Below the pieces are notes generated by a model, which was given only the letters and a program-made list of their open reading frames with translations, did no database searches and was not told where the DNA came from. 64,000 nucleotides of DNA, taken from assembly GCF_006345805.1 (NCBI RefSeq), contig NC_043000.1:155806001-155870000 (forward strand), given 5' to 3'. This stretch comes from Octopus sinensis (lineage: Eukaryota). Numbering within the stretch: the stretch's first letter is position 1; every line of letters begins with the position of its first letter. A program made the translations under genes and the position numbers. Of the stretch, positions 13,355 through 24,490 are shown one piece after another.

Positions 13355-13700
13355 CACTTCATGTCCTTTTTTCTTGCTGTGTCTTTAAATCTCAGTCTAG
13401 GTCTTCTATGGTTTCTTTCCCCACCCCACTTCCATAGTTGGAAGTGTTTTTGTCTGGGTAATCTACTGCTGTCCATCACATGTACGTGTCCCAACCAACA
13501 ATGAAGGATTGATATAAATTTCTATCAATCCTCATTGATAGAAATTTATGTTGGTTGGGACACATCCACAGGATGGACAACAGCAGATTCTCCAGACAAC
13601 TCCTTAATTCCCAACTATGCAAAGAGAAAACAGATCATGGAAGAACTAGACTGAAATTCAAAGATACTGCAAAAAATGGGACATGAAGTGGAAAGGAATT
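13355..13700. repeat. Inverted pair of RTE LINE fragments (foldback) with a perfect central hairpin
   Basis: The right arm translates LCWLGHIHRMDNSRF...RLKFKDTAK; the left arm is its diverged reverse complement. Confidence 0.75.
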
Positions 13701-14090
13701 GATCATAATAAATGGTGAACTCATGCTAAAAGCCAACCAGAATGAAGAAAGCTTATCAAGTCATGCCAAAGCCATGAATGGCCATAGTCACAATGACTGA
13801 CTGCAGATAATGATTTCTAACAAGGATACAAGGATAAGAATATGAGAAGGAAATAGTTGATTATATCACCTCCAGTATTTCATAGACTTGAGAAGGATGT
13901 AAGGCAAAGTTGACCTTGGCAGGACTGGAACTTGGAAGACAGAGAGCTGGAAAAAATATTGCAATGTATATTCAAATCTTTAAAACTCTGCCAAAAATAA
14001 TTCTTTCTACTTTTGGCACAAGGTCAGCAATTTTGAAGGGATGGGCAAGTTGATTACATCATGCCCATTACTTGATTGATACTTATCCTA

Positions 14091-15070
14091 TTGGGTTGTC
14101 TGGAAAGTTTGTGCCGATTTATAGTAGCTTACCTTTCAACTTATTTTAGAACATGTTTGAATGTATAAAATAGGATTTGATTACATCCCCATTTAGAACA
14201 CAGTTTAAGCTATCTTTTCGTGGAAGAAGGTTTATGTTCCTATAACCTGTGTTAATTCTGTAACCCTTTAAAATGGAAGATAAGAAATAAGGCACAGGAG
14301 TGGCTGTGTGGTAAGTAGCTTGTTTACCAACCACATGGTTCCGGGTTCAGTCCCACTGCGTGGCACCTTGGGCAAGTGTCTTCTACTATAGCCTCGGGCC
14401 GACCAAAGCCTTGTGAGTGGATTTGGTAGACGGAAACTGAAAGAAGCCCATCGTATATATGTATATATATATGTGTGTGATTGTGTGTCTGTGTTTGTCC
14501 CCCTGCATTGCTTGACAACCGATGCTGGTGTGTTTATGTCCCCGTCACTTAGCGGTTTGGCAAAAGAGACCGATAGAATAAGTACTGGCTTACAAAGAAT
14601 AAGTCCCGGGGTCGAGTTGCTCGATTAAAAGGCAGTGCTCCAGCATGGCCGCAGTCAAATGACTGAAACAAGTAAAAGAGTAAAAGAGTAAAGTTCATTT
14701 TTGGCACTTGATGCTTTTCTTTTTCCATAAAGGGAAAAATGCCTCACAAGCAACCAAAGAAATATGCGCAGTTTACGGTGATGTTTCTTTATCAGAAAGA
14801 ACTGTACGGAAGTGGTTCACAAGGTTCCGAGCTGGAGATTGTAGCCTTATTGATAAAGAGCGATCAGGCAGACCATCCACTACAGATGATGACCGAATCA
14901 AGTCATTAATTGAGAATAACCCACATTGCAAAACCCGAGAGTTGGCAGAAAGCCTCAGCCTATCAAAGTCTGTCATTCATGAGCACCTGGCAAAGCTTGG
15001 GTAATGGCAAGTATTTATTGACCTTTTTTCTTTCTTTTAAAAATCAGCACAAACTTTCTGGACAATCCAA
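14091..15070 (+). mobile_element. Internally deleted mariner (mellifera-like) carrying a SINE insertion
   Basis: TA-flanked TIRs TTGGGTTGTCTGGAAAGTTTGTGC / GCACAAACTTTCTGGACAATCCAA. ATG 14273 MEDKK, then the SINE, then VHFWHLMLFFFHKGKNASQATKEICAVYG...ERSGRPS...HLAKLG* (HTH domains only). Confidence 0.92.
14290..14690 (+). mobile_element. SINE family A inserted in a mariner element
   Basis: Head ggagtggctgtgtggtaag...ggttccgggttcagtccc (Pol III A/B-box-like), tail gtaaaagagtaaaagagta. Confidence 0.9.
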
Positions 15071-16341
15071 TATCATCTCAGAAAGGATGAAAGACAAAGT
15101 TTACTTAGCAGGATTTGAACTCAAAATAAAGAGTTGGAAAAAATACTGAGATATTTTATCCAGTGCTCTGATGATTCTACCAATTCAGCATCATGTTATT
15201 TCTTACATTGGCACAAAGCCAATGTAAGAATTTGAAGGACACCAGTTAGTTATATTGGCCCCAGTTATTTTATCCACTCCTGGAGAGAGGAGAGGCAGAG
15301 TTAGCTCAGCAGAATTTGAACTCAGAATCATAAAAAGCCAGAAGACCACAAAATATTTTATTCTCTGTGGCTTCTACCATTCCATCACTTTCAATGTTAA
15401 CATTATTTTCTAACATAGACACAAGAGCATAACATTTTTTTAGGAGTATAATTGATTTAATAACCAAGTTGTTCACCAATATTATTTTATTGATCTCGTT
15501 TCTTAGAGGGATGAAAAGTAAAGTCGACCTCAAAAGGATTAGAGCTGAGATTACAAAGAGACCAAAATAATATCACAAAGTATTCTGTCCCTTGCTTAAG
15601 CACAAAGCCACAGATTTTGGATGAGGGGTATAGTTAATTAAATCAATTCCAGTATTTGATTGGTCCTTCAATTTATCAAGTCTTGAAGGACGAAAGTAAA
15701 CTTGTCCTCAGAGTAAAATGAACTCAAAACAGAAACCACACATGGCACATAATATGCAGTTGCATATAAATTCTGACACTCATTACTCTCTTAATCATGT
15801 GCTTTGTGGTAATTGTTCTGGCACTTTAAGTTTTGATATCCAATCCCAGTAAGGTCAACTTTACCTTTCACCCCTCCAGGGTCAATCAGGCACTGGTGTC
15901 AATATATTCAACTAAGCCTCTTCTTTCAAATTTTAGGCTTTATGTTCTGTAAGAAGTAGGGGGTGCTTTTTTATGTGGCGCCAGCACTGGTTCTTTTTAC
16001 ATCACACAAACACCAGCTGGGTTACCAAGTAACTTGTGGTCTTTGACTTGCATGTTACATGGTGACTCCACTGATGTTGGTGCTGCATAAAATGCACTCA
16101 GTACACTGTGTACAGTGGCTGGTGTTAGGAAGGGCATCGAGCTATAGAAACCATGCCAAAGCAGATGAGCCTAGAGCAGCTCTCCACTCTTTCACACTTT
16201 TTCCTTTTCTCAATTTTTCCTTTTTCATCTTCTCCAGTCTTGTTCATAAGTGATTTTGACTTTTATTAACTTCTCTTAACTTAGTTTAGCTTCCCCTGAT
16301 TTATTCAGATACTATCTTTCACCTTTCCAACCTTTCCTAAT

Positions 16342-16470
16342 TCTTTACTACCCACAAGGGGCTAAACACAGAGAGGACGAACAAGGACAGACGCATGGAT
16401 TAAGTCAATTATATCGACCCCAGTGCGTAACTGGTCCTTAATTTATCGACCCCGAAAGGATGAAAGGCAA
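16342..16470 (-). mobile_element. SINE family C, 3' part
   Basis: Reverse complement of the 32469 copy tail. Confidence 0.8.
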
Positions 16471-16975
16471 AGAATGCCTAGATATTTGTGTTTGGGTAAA
16501 TAGTGCTCAGTCGAAACCTTTCAACATGGGTGTTGGGTATCAGTAGGGTTGTGTATTGTCACCTCACATTTCCATAGTTTTTATGAACTGGATCAACATG
16601 TGGCAGCTATTGTGGGATTGGCATCACAACCAGTGGTTGTAGGATCCATCAGCTGATATTTGCAGATGATATGGTGCTTCTTGACTCATCAGAAGATGGT
16701 CTCCATCATGCACTGAATGGCTTTACTGTCAAAGGCTGAAAGGCAGGGATGAGAATTAGTGTTTCAAAGACTGAGACATTGTTCCTCTCAAGAATCTTTT
16801 CCCAATGTGCACTCTGCATGCTAATGAAATATCACTGAAACAAATGCAGAAGTTTAACTATCTCAGGATTATATTCACAAGTGATGGAAGGTAGGAGGAT
16901 GAATTGGATGCAAGAATTGCAGATGCTGGCATAGTAATGCAACAGCACCAGCATTTGATCCTCAGAAGAAGAAAG
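16470..16975 (+). mobile_element. RTE-like LINE reverse transcriptase remnant
   Basis: Degenerate GCVLSP and LIFADD motifs. Confidence 0.65.
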
Positions 16976-16993
16976 ACTGGTAAAAAAGTCAAT

Positions 16994-17505
16994 CATCATC
17001 ATCATTGTTCGACCGTGGTCGAGACAATGGAATTTACCATGCTACGCCAGACTTCACGGTCCATCATGGTATTACGGAGGTCCTATTGCTGGATGCCTGT
17101 ATCCCTGGAGATTACATCAGGGTAGGAGAGTGTGCACCCTCTGGTATTGCTTCCAGAGTAGATGGCTTCCAGAGGAGAAGAGTAGAAATTACCTCTTTTT
17201 CAGCTCTACAACAATGTCCAGCAAACTGGACTCTCCTACCTTTCACAAGAGATGACACAGGTGGTAGTTTCCCATATATTTGCATTTTGGTTGGATGGCG
17301 CTTCCATGAGAGATTTTGAGCTCTCATTAGGAGGCGAGTGCAGGTTCCATCCAACCGCCTCTCAAGCTTCTTTGATAACGTCCAGGTTTCTGAGCCATAT
17401 AGTAGAATTGGTTCGACTGTGGCTTTGAAGATTTCAAGTTTGAAGTCTCTACTTAGATTTGATGACCAGATCTTATGCATGTCATTACAGGCTAACCAGG
17501 CCATA
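16994..17505 (-). mobile_element. RTE LINE 3' end with (TGA)n tail
   Basis: ORF 17112..17504: KATVEPILLYGSETWTL...RRVQFAGHC; (tca)n tail on the plus strand at about 16990-17006. Confidence 0.88.
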
Positions 17506-17559
17506 CCAAATTTAAAAAAGCCAAAATTGCTATCAACATTTCAGTTTTTGTGCCTATCT

Positions 17560-18400
17560 TCACCTATGGCCATTAATGAGTACAATTACAAATACAAGGG
17601 GCTGAAATAGGGTTCCTCTGAAGGATCTCTGAAGTAATGTTCTTGATAGGGTGCTTAGTTTGGCGATCAGAGAATCTCTTTAGGTTGAGCCACATTGAGA
17701 GGTCACAGCTCTGGTACTACAGACATGCGATCAGAATGTCTCAGGAATGAATTCTTCAAGCAAAGTCAATCAGCAAGAGACCTAGGGGTTGACCAAAACT
17801 GAGATGGTTGGATAATATCCAGTCTTTGTTGGTCATGTTCGGGAATCCTGCTGGAAAGTCTAAAGACTGTTTCTTCAAGTTAGAATGATTGACCTTATCA
17901 AAAGCTTTCAATTGATCCAAATAGACCAAACCTTTATTGAAGTCAAGCTTGTTACCCAACTTCATTACAGTGTATCACATGAGTTGGAGGCTGTTCTAGA
18001 TAGACCTACTTGGGATCACACAAATCTGTGCTTTTCTAATTTCACTATTGATGATAAGCTCCAACCTCTTTCCAAGCACATTCACCAAAATTTTTATTTC
18101 TGCATTCAACAGATCTACAAACTGCATATTATTAACTACATTCCCATTGTTCTAAGCTGAAAACAATTGGAAATTTCTTCAGTTTGGCTGCCAGTTATAA
18201 AAAATGTCTGCCAGGACTTTGGCATGTATATGTAAAGCTCTTTGAGCAGACTATCCAGCTCAGGTGATCAGCACCACACACAATCCCTAACTACCAGCCA
18301 TACAAAAACACAAAAAATAATAAAAGAGAAAATTTCCCAATCTTTGAAATTTGTTCTCCATCCACCATGATCAAAGAAGATAATCCTTCACATGGTTTTC
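17560..18400 (-). mobile_element. L1/Tx1-like LINE reverse transcriptase remnant
   Basis: YLDQLKAFDKVNH motif in ORF 17756..17965; otherwise degenerate. Confidence 0.55.
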
Positions 18401-18627
18401 ATGTGGCTACAGGGTTGTATCCAATCACTGAAAGAATAGAATTATAATAAAAGATACACAACAGCAATTGTCACAAGCAGTCACACTAAACCAATACCAG
18501 CACCAAAGAGTTAAATATATCCAAAGAGTTAAATATATATGTATATATATATGTATGTGACCTCGTGTGTACCGTTGGCGATTTTTTTTCCTCTGTCTTC
18601 CCTTCTCTGGATATTTCCTTCTCCTAT

Positions 18628-18662
18628 GTTTCCGACGAAGAGCTCCGCTCGAAACGTTAAAC
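18628..18662 (+). ncRNA. Minimal type I hammerhead-ribozyme-like motif (Penelope-type), imperfect core
   Basis: GTTT-CCGACGA-A-GAGC(TCC)GCTC-GAA-ACGT-T-AAAC: 4-bp stem I, 4-bp stem II, palindromic ACGT stem III; core has C instead of U4 and one extra A. Confidence 0.45.
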
Positions 18663-18777
18663 CCTCCTTCTTTCCTTAGCGTCCAATAATACTATATTTG
18701 TTCCACGTCCTCGCTTTGTTGTGTTTTTTTGTGCTTTCTTGTTTGGATTAACTTTATATATATATATATATATATTC

Positions 18778-18977
18778 ATATTATATAGAGGGCATTATTA
18801 CACATAAATGCCACATGCTAGGAGGGACTCTTAAAGTCAAAACTACTAAAATAAATAAACACAAAGCTTTCAGAGTTTGCATTCGGTACGATGTGTTTAT
18901 TTATTTTAGTAGTTTTGACTTTAAGAGTCCCTCCTAGCATGTGGCATTTATGTGTAATAATGCCCTCTATATAATAT
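18778..18977. repeat. Perfect 86-bp inverted repeat with a 28-bp spacer
   Basis: 18778-18863 is the exact reverse complement of 18892-18977 (checked base by base). Confidence 0.95.
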
Positions 18978-20312
18978 AAATAAATAAATATATTTAAGTG
19001 AAAAAATTGGTGGATTTTTTTTTCTCTTATGAGGTTTTTCACACTGACTACTTGATAAATTCTTATAAAGATTTTATCCTATTTTTAAATTATATATATA
19101 TTACGCACACATATCCTCCATCATGGTTTACAGCAGGTCGATGAAAAAGGCACAAAGGTTTACTGCTCGCTCCAAGCTACAGAACAAATTGCAGCTGGAA
19201 AACTGCACACAGATGCATGGAACTGAGTAAAATGGATATGTCTGACTTTATCAAAGATTAAATTGGGGCTTTATTACCCCTCTGCACTTCTGCCACTCAA
19301 GCCTATTGAATTGCTTTCTTTCCTTTGCCTCTTAGAACACATTACACAGCTCTGATAATGTAAAGTACAGGTTCTGCATTAAAGAGATGGCTGAGAATTA
19401 TTCTCATCACTAGCATGTTGGTCACGAGGCCTCACCTAATCATTTCTTCTAATTTATTCACTAGTTCTTCTCTAATCTTTTCTTCTTTATCACTACTTTT
19501 CTGCTAAATCCTTTTCATCTAACTATAAACATTCTCTTCAGAGCAACCCACAACTGGATACTGATGATTAACCCATCAACTGCCACTTTATTAATTCATT
19601 AACTCAGTCATTAAAAGCTTTGCACACCAGGTATGATGCATTCAGCTACCAATAACCTGTTCTCTGTCTATGCATTATAACTAAATTGACCATACTAATT
19701 ATAAATTTGCAGTCTGTCTAGCTAACCAGTTTAAATTGTGAATAAATTATCTCTATCCACTGACCTAACAAATACCCTATTAGTTGACCAAATGCAGCTG
19801 CTCTATGCTTATATCATGTGAACTGTCTGAGCAGATATGAGAGGTTTTTACACCCTATTTTCAAACCCAAGGTAATTTAAATATGCATCTAAAATACCTT
19901 CCTAGTCATCAACTACAATTAGAGAGTAGGATGTTTGAAAGAATGGTCTGAGACACTTGAAATCTAGCTGTCCTGCCACTGTCAGAGCACTGACAGCAGC
20001 TAGTCTAAAGGCACTTTGCTGCTGCTCACATCCAGCACTACAATCTTAGATGAACTCAGGAAGACTGGCTGTAGTTTGAGGCACAAGCCTTTTGAGACCT
20101 TTGGAAGTATGCTGTGCGTGAGAAGACCCGGCAGGAAAAGTGAGGCCATAACCCGTGGCCCCTACCTGGGACGTAGTCAGTCCACCTGTGCATACCTTCC
20201 TTCTTGGGACACATAACTCTACTTGTGAAGACCTGTTGAGGCAAGTGAAAATCATCAACAAAGAATCAAATCAAAATCAAAATCGATCCACATCAATGGA
20301 ATTTGTAGTTTG

Positions 20313-20695
20313 TGGTACCAGTGCTGGTGGCACATAAGAGAACCATCCGAACGTGGCCGTAGCCAGCACCGCATCGACTGGCCTCTGTGCTGGTGGCACA
20401 TAACAAACACCATCCGATCGTGGCCATGCCAGCCTAGCCTGGCCTCCGTGCCGGTGGTACGTAAAAAACACCATCCGAGCGTGGCCGTCCGCCAGCCTTG
20501 TCTGGCACCTGTGTCGGTGGCACATAAAAAGCACCCACTACACTCACGAAGTGGTTGGCATTAGGAAGGGCATCCAGCTGTAGAAACACCGCCAGATCTG
20601 ACTGGCCTGGTGCAGCCTTCTGGCTTCCCAGACCCCAGTTGAACCATCCAACCCATGCTAGCATGGAAAGTGGACGTATGATGATGATGATGATT
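20313..20695 (+). mobile_element. Repeat family B: RTE-type 3' tail or SINE with about 55-nt internal subrepeats and an (ATG)n tail
   Basis: Conserved ttaggaagggcatccagctgtagaaa...ccatgctagcatggaaag...(atg)n. Confidence 0.8.
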
Positions 20696-22765
20696 ACCAT
20701 CATTGTCACTCAGGCCATGTTAACTATAAGATGTGATGCACACTTCCCAGAAATCCTAGTCTTTCTAAAGGTGACTACATCTGTGTCTAGTGACCCTGGG
20801 GCCTTTGAGTGACATTACCAAGCAGGCCAACACTAGATCACATACATATATATGTCCTACTCTGAGTATGACCATTTGGTTGGAGAAAAACAACAATGAT
20901 AATAATACCAACATAAAAGAGAAAAAGAAACATTATTGTGAGTGTAAGGAAATTAGCTGTAATTTTATTTTTGATATTAGAAGATTATCTATACAATGCT
21001 GATGAGCAAACTGGACTTGAAGTGGAGGGAGCAAAGTTATGTTTAAGGATTAGGACTGGTAAAAATTGACCAGATGTGATATGTAAGAAGAAAAAATAAT
21101 GAATGTGTTAATAACTTTTTAATACTCAAATTCGTCATAATTTTTTTTGTTTTAAATTATGATACATCCTTTCCACATGACTATTTTAAATGTTTATGTT
21201 GTATTAAATAAAAATATTTATATAAAAAAAAAAATTTTAGGAAAACTTTAGCCACCCACCACCATAAATCCTGGTCAGTAAGAATCTGGATAGGGGTTGG
21301 AGGGAAGAGCACGAATGAATAAGATGAGTTACAGGTGTCACTGTTGTTGTAAAACTAAAGAACACTCAGGTGTTGTTACTGTTTGGAGATGGCAGTAAAT
21401 GCACAAAATAAAAAAAGAAAAATAGTATCAACCGCATCAAGGATTATTCATGCTGCAGTGAATACGACAAAACAGTAAACATGGCAGTTGTTAACAGTGG
21501 GAGAGAAATGTAGCAGAAGGATTATTTTCTACAAAACATGCCACAGCTTTTGATATTTTTATAGTTGCAATAGATGTGACACATACGTTAAATAAAGCCC
21601 TGTTATAGCTGTCGAACTGAGATACAATTTTTGTAGGAGAAAGATTACAACCAACTAAGAAGACACCTGTAATTTTATTGGTACTTATTTTAGTGATCCT
21701 AAAGAGACATAATAAGATTTGAACCCACGAGCTGCTCAGCAAACTGGAAGGTTGGATCTAAAGAAGGTATTTATTCTAGTACTTCACTGTCTCAGTTGGT
21801 TCTGTTGCAGAAATTTCAGTAACCACAATGGACGTTTCTGGAGGTTGATGGTTACAACTAGTGATACACAGGCAGTGAGCAACTGTGAAAGATCTGCTTG
21901 TTGGTTGATAGTATTTGAGTGACAGCGAAAAACAATAAGCAACTGTTATGGATGTTTATCACTTGTGACAAACAAATGCTGATAACCGTAGCAGATTTCG
22001 TTACGACTGGTCAAAGTAGGTGTGACACAATGAGAAAGAGCATCTCTCACGGATGTTTTTCATCGTTTCTGGATAAACTAGATAAATAGTTGATAACAAT
22101 ATTGAAATTAAAACAAAAAAAAATAATAATAAATATAAATGTAACAATCAATGTTTGGTTAGTACAGCAGTTGTCAGTCCAACCGACTTTAACATCTGTC
22201 AACTACTAATATAACAGTTGTTATTGTAACATCTATTATTGTTGTAAACATTTATACAACAACACTTGTTGATAGGTTAGGATCTGATGTCACTCAAGCA
22301 GTAACAACATCAACAAATAATTCGAATAACAATACTAGTAACCATGGTTACTATGGTTATGACCAAAGTAATAAGTTAATCCCACAAGAGAAGTGTGTGT
22401 ATACAGATACATGTGCATGTGTACACATATACATACATACAAACACAGTTTGTTGACCGTAACCAACAGATAATGAAAGACAGAGAAATAAAATAACAGA
22501 AACACTCCATGTTAAATTTTTCTTTTTTTTCCATCCACCAAGTTCAAAAGAAGATGACCATTTTCCACACACACTGCATTTAATTTTCGTGTGGCTATAG
22601 AGTGTATATAGGGTTGTATCTCATCACTGAAACAACAGCGCAATCATAGAAGACACACAACAACAGCAACCGTTTCCTTTCAAGTAGAGAGTGTTATATC
22701 AGCCTATGTCACAAGCAGTCACGTTAAAACCAGTACCAACATCAGAGAGTTAAATGTATCCATTT

Positions 22766-22800
<35 letters not shown>

Positions 22801-22811
22801 GCAGTATCAAA

Positions 22812-22817
22812 TTTATT
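22812..22817 (-). promoter_or_regulatory. Candidate polyadenylation signal AATAAA for VPS13B
   Basis: tttatt on the plus strand, about 55 nt after the stop; one of several possible signals, no transcript evidence. Confidence 0.3.
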
Positions 22818-22870
22818 AGTCCTTCTGATATTGTATAAAATGTTTTGTGTCTCATTCCCCAGAGGAAATC

Positions 22871-23167
22871 TCACAAGAGGAAGCCCCGTCCAACCAACCT
22901 ATTCTTTGCCATCTGAAATAAAGTCAGGAAAGTTTCTCTATAGTGTGGCTCAACCCTAAACTCAAAATAAGGAGCTGCTGTTGATTGTGTTGGGCTTGAA
23001 GCGATGCTGCTGGACTGATGATCACATACCACAGTACCACCAGCACCACTGTCAACACTACAACCAGCTCCGTTATCAACAGTGTCACTGCTAAGTCCTG
23101 GCAAAGGAATGAAACCTGGTGTGCTATCAAGGAAGGCTGTCACTCGGTCTTTGTTTGGGTGTTGGTC
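22871..23167 (-). CDS. VPS13B: VPS13B last coding exon, DQHPNK...YFEFRVEPHYRETFLTLFQMAKNRLVGRGFLL-stop
   Basis: ctttgttttcag acceptor, phase 0, TGA at 22873-22871; the C-terminus resembles vertebrate VDPHF..FL..F.M.KN....GF as recalled. Confidence 0.92.
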   Translation of the reverse strand, partial: DQHPNKDRVTAFLDSTPGFIPLPGLSSDTVDNGAGCSVDSGAGGTVVCDHQSSSIASSPTQSTAAPYFEFRVEPHYRETFLTLFQMAKNRLVGRGFLL

Positions 23168-23284
23168 CTGAAAACAAAGGACAGAGAGAGTTAAACATTT
23201 CATAATAAAAAGGAGTCAAAATTGTGACGTACATAAAGAGAATACAAAGCTGATATCAAATCAACATATAAATACAATGAGTGA

Positions 23285-23686
23285 GCTCGTTGCCAGAGCA
23301 ACAAGCTGGCCTTCGTGCCGATGGCACGTCAAACACACCATTCGAGCATGATCATTACCGCGTCACCTTACTAGCACTTGTGCTGGTGGCACGTGAGACA
23401 TTTGAGCGAGGTCATTGCCAATACCGCTGGACTGGCTCCTGGGCAGGTGGCACATAAAAAGCACCATTTGGGCATGGCCATTGCCAGTACCACCAAATTG
23501 ACCCTCGTGCCGGTGGTACGTAAAAGCACGCACTACACTCTCAGAGTGGTTGGTGTTAGGAAGGGCATCCAGCTGTAGAAACTCTGCCAGATCAGATTGG
23601 AGTCTGGTTCACCAGACCTCAGTCAAATCGTCCAACCCATGCTAGCATGGAAAGCGGACGTTAAATGATGATGATGATGATGATAT
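23285..23686 (+). mobile_element. Repeat family B
   Basis: Same conserved block and tail. Confidence 0.8.
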
Positions 23687-23738
23687 GTGAAAAGGCTTTT
23701 GAATGCAATATTATAAAACAATAAAACAGTTATAAAAT

Positions 23739-24151
23739 AGGTGCAGGAGTGGCTGTGTGGTAAGTAGCTTGCTTACCAACCACATGGTTCCGGGTTCAGT
23801 CCCACTGCGTGGCACCTTGGGCAAGTGTCTTCTACTATAGCCTCGGGCCGACCAAAGCCTTGTGAGTTGATTTGGTAGACGGAAACTGAAAGAAGCCTGT
23901 CATATATATGTATATATATATATATGTGTGTGTGCGTGTGTGTCTGTGTTTGTCCCCCTAGCATTGCTTGACAACCGATGCTGGTGTGTTTATGTCCCCG
24001 TCACTTAGCAGTTCGGCAAAAGAGACCGATAGAATAAGTACTGGGCTTACAAAAGAATAAGTCCCGGGGCCGAGTTGCTCGATTAAAGGCGGTGCTCCAG
24101 CATGGCCGCAGTCAAATGACTGAAACAAGTAAAAGAAAAAAAAGAGTAAAA
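23739..24151 (+). mobile_element. SINE family A, tail about 12 nt from a VPS13B exon end
   Basis: Full-length copy, antisense to VPS13B. Confidence 0.9.
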
Positions 24152-24162
24152 GAGAGAGTTAC

Positions 24163-24490
24163 CTTGAAGCTCATCTGTTTTGTCTGGTCTTGCCATACGA
24201 AGGAAAGGACACAAGAATCCTCCTCTAAGTCTTCCATACTACTAGTAGCAGCAGCAGCAGTAGCACCAGCTGCTGCCGAACTATTGCCACGCAAGTTGGT
24301 GGCAGCAGGACACTCTATCTCGGCAAGGGCAAATGTCTGGAGAGACATGTCTTCTTCACAATCATAAACAAACAGCAGTTCAGGGGTCAGCAGAAGAACA
24401 ACTTTGGAGCCTAATCCAGCAAAGTCAAACTGTACGACATCAACAGCCATCAAGAGAGTTGCTACTGGCATCACAGACTGCAGTGTTTTG
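24163..24490 (-). CDS. VPS13B: VPS13B penultimate coding exon, (F)KTLQSVMPVATLLMAVDVV...LLLTPELLFV...QMSFK (PH-like region)
   Basis: atttcctcag acceptor, gtaact donor; 328 nt, phase 2 to 0; K.LQS and LLLT.E.LFV motifs. Confidence 0.92.
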
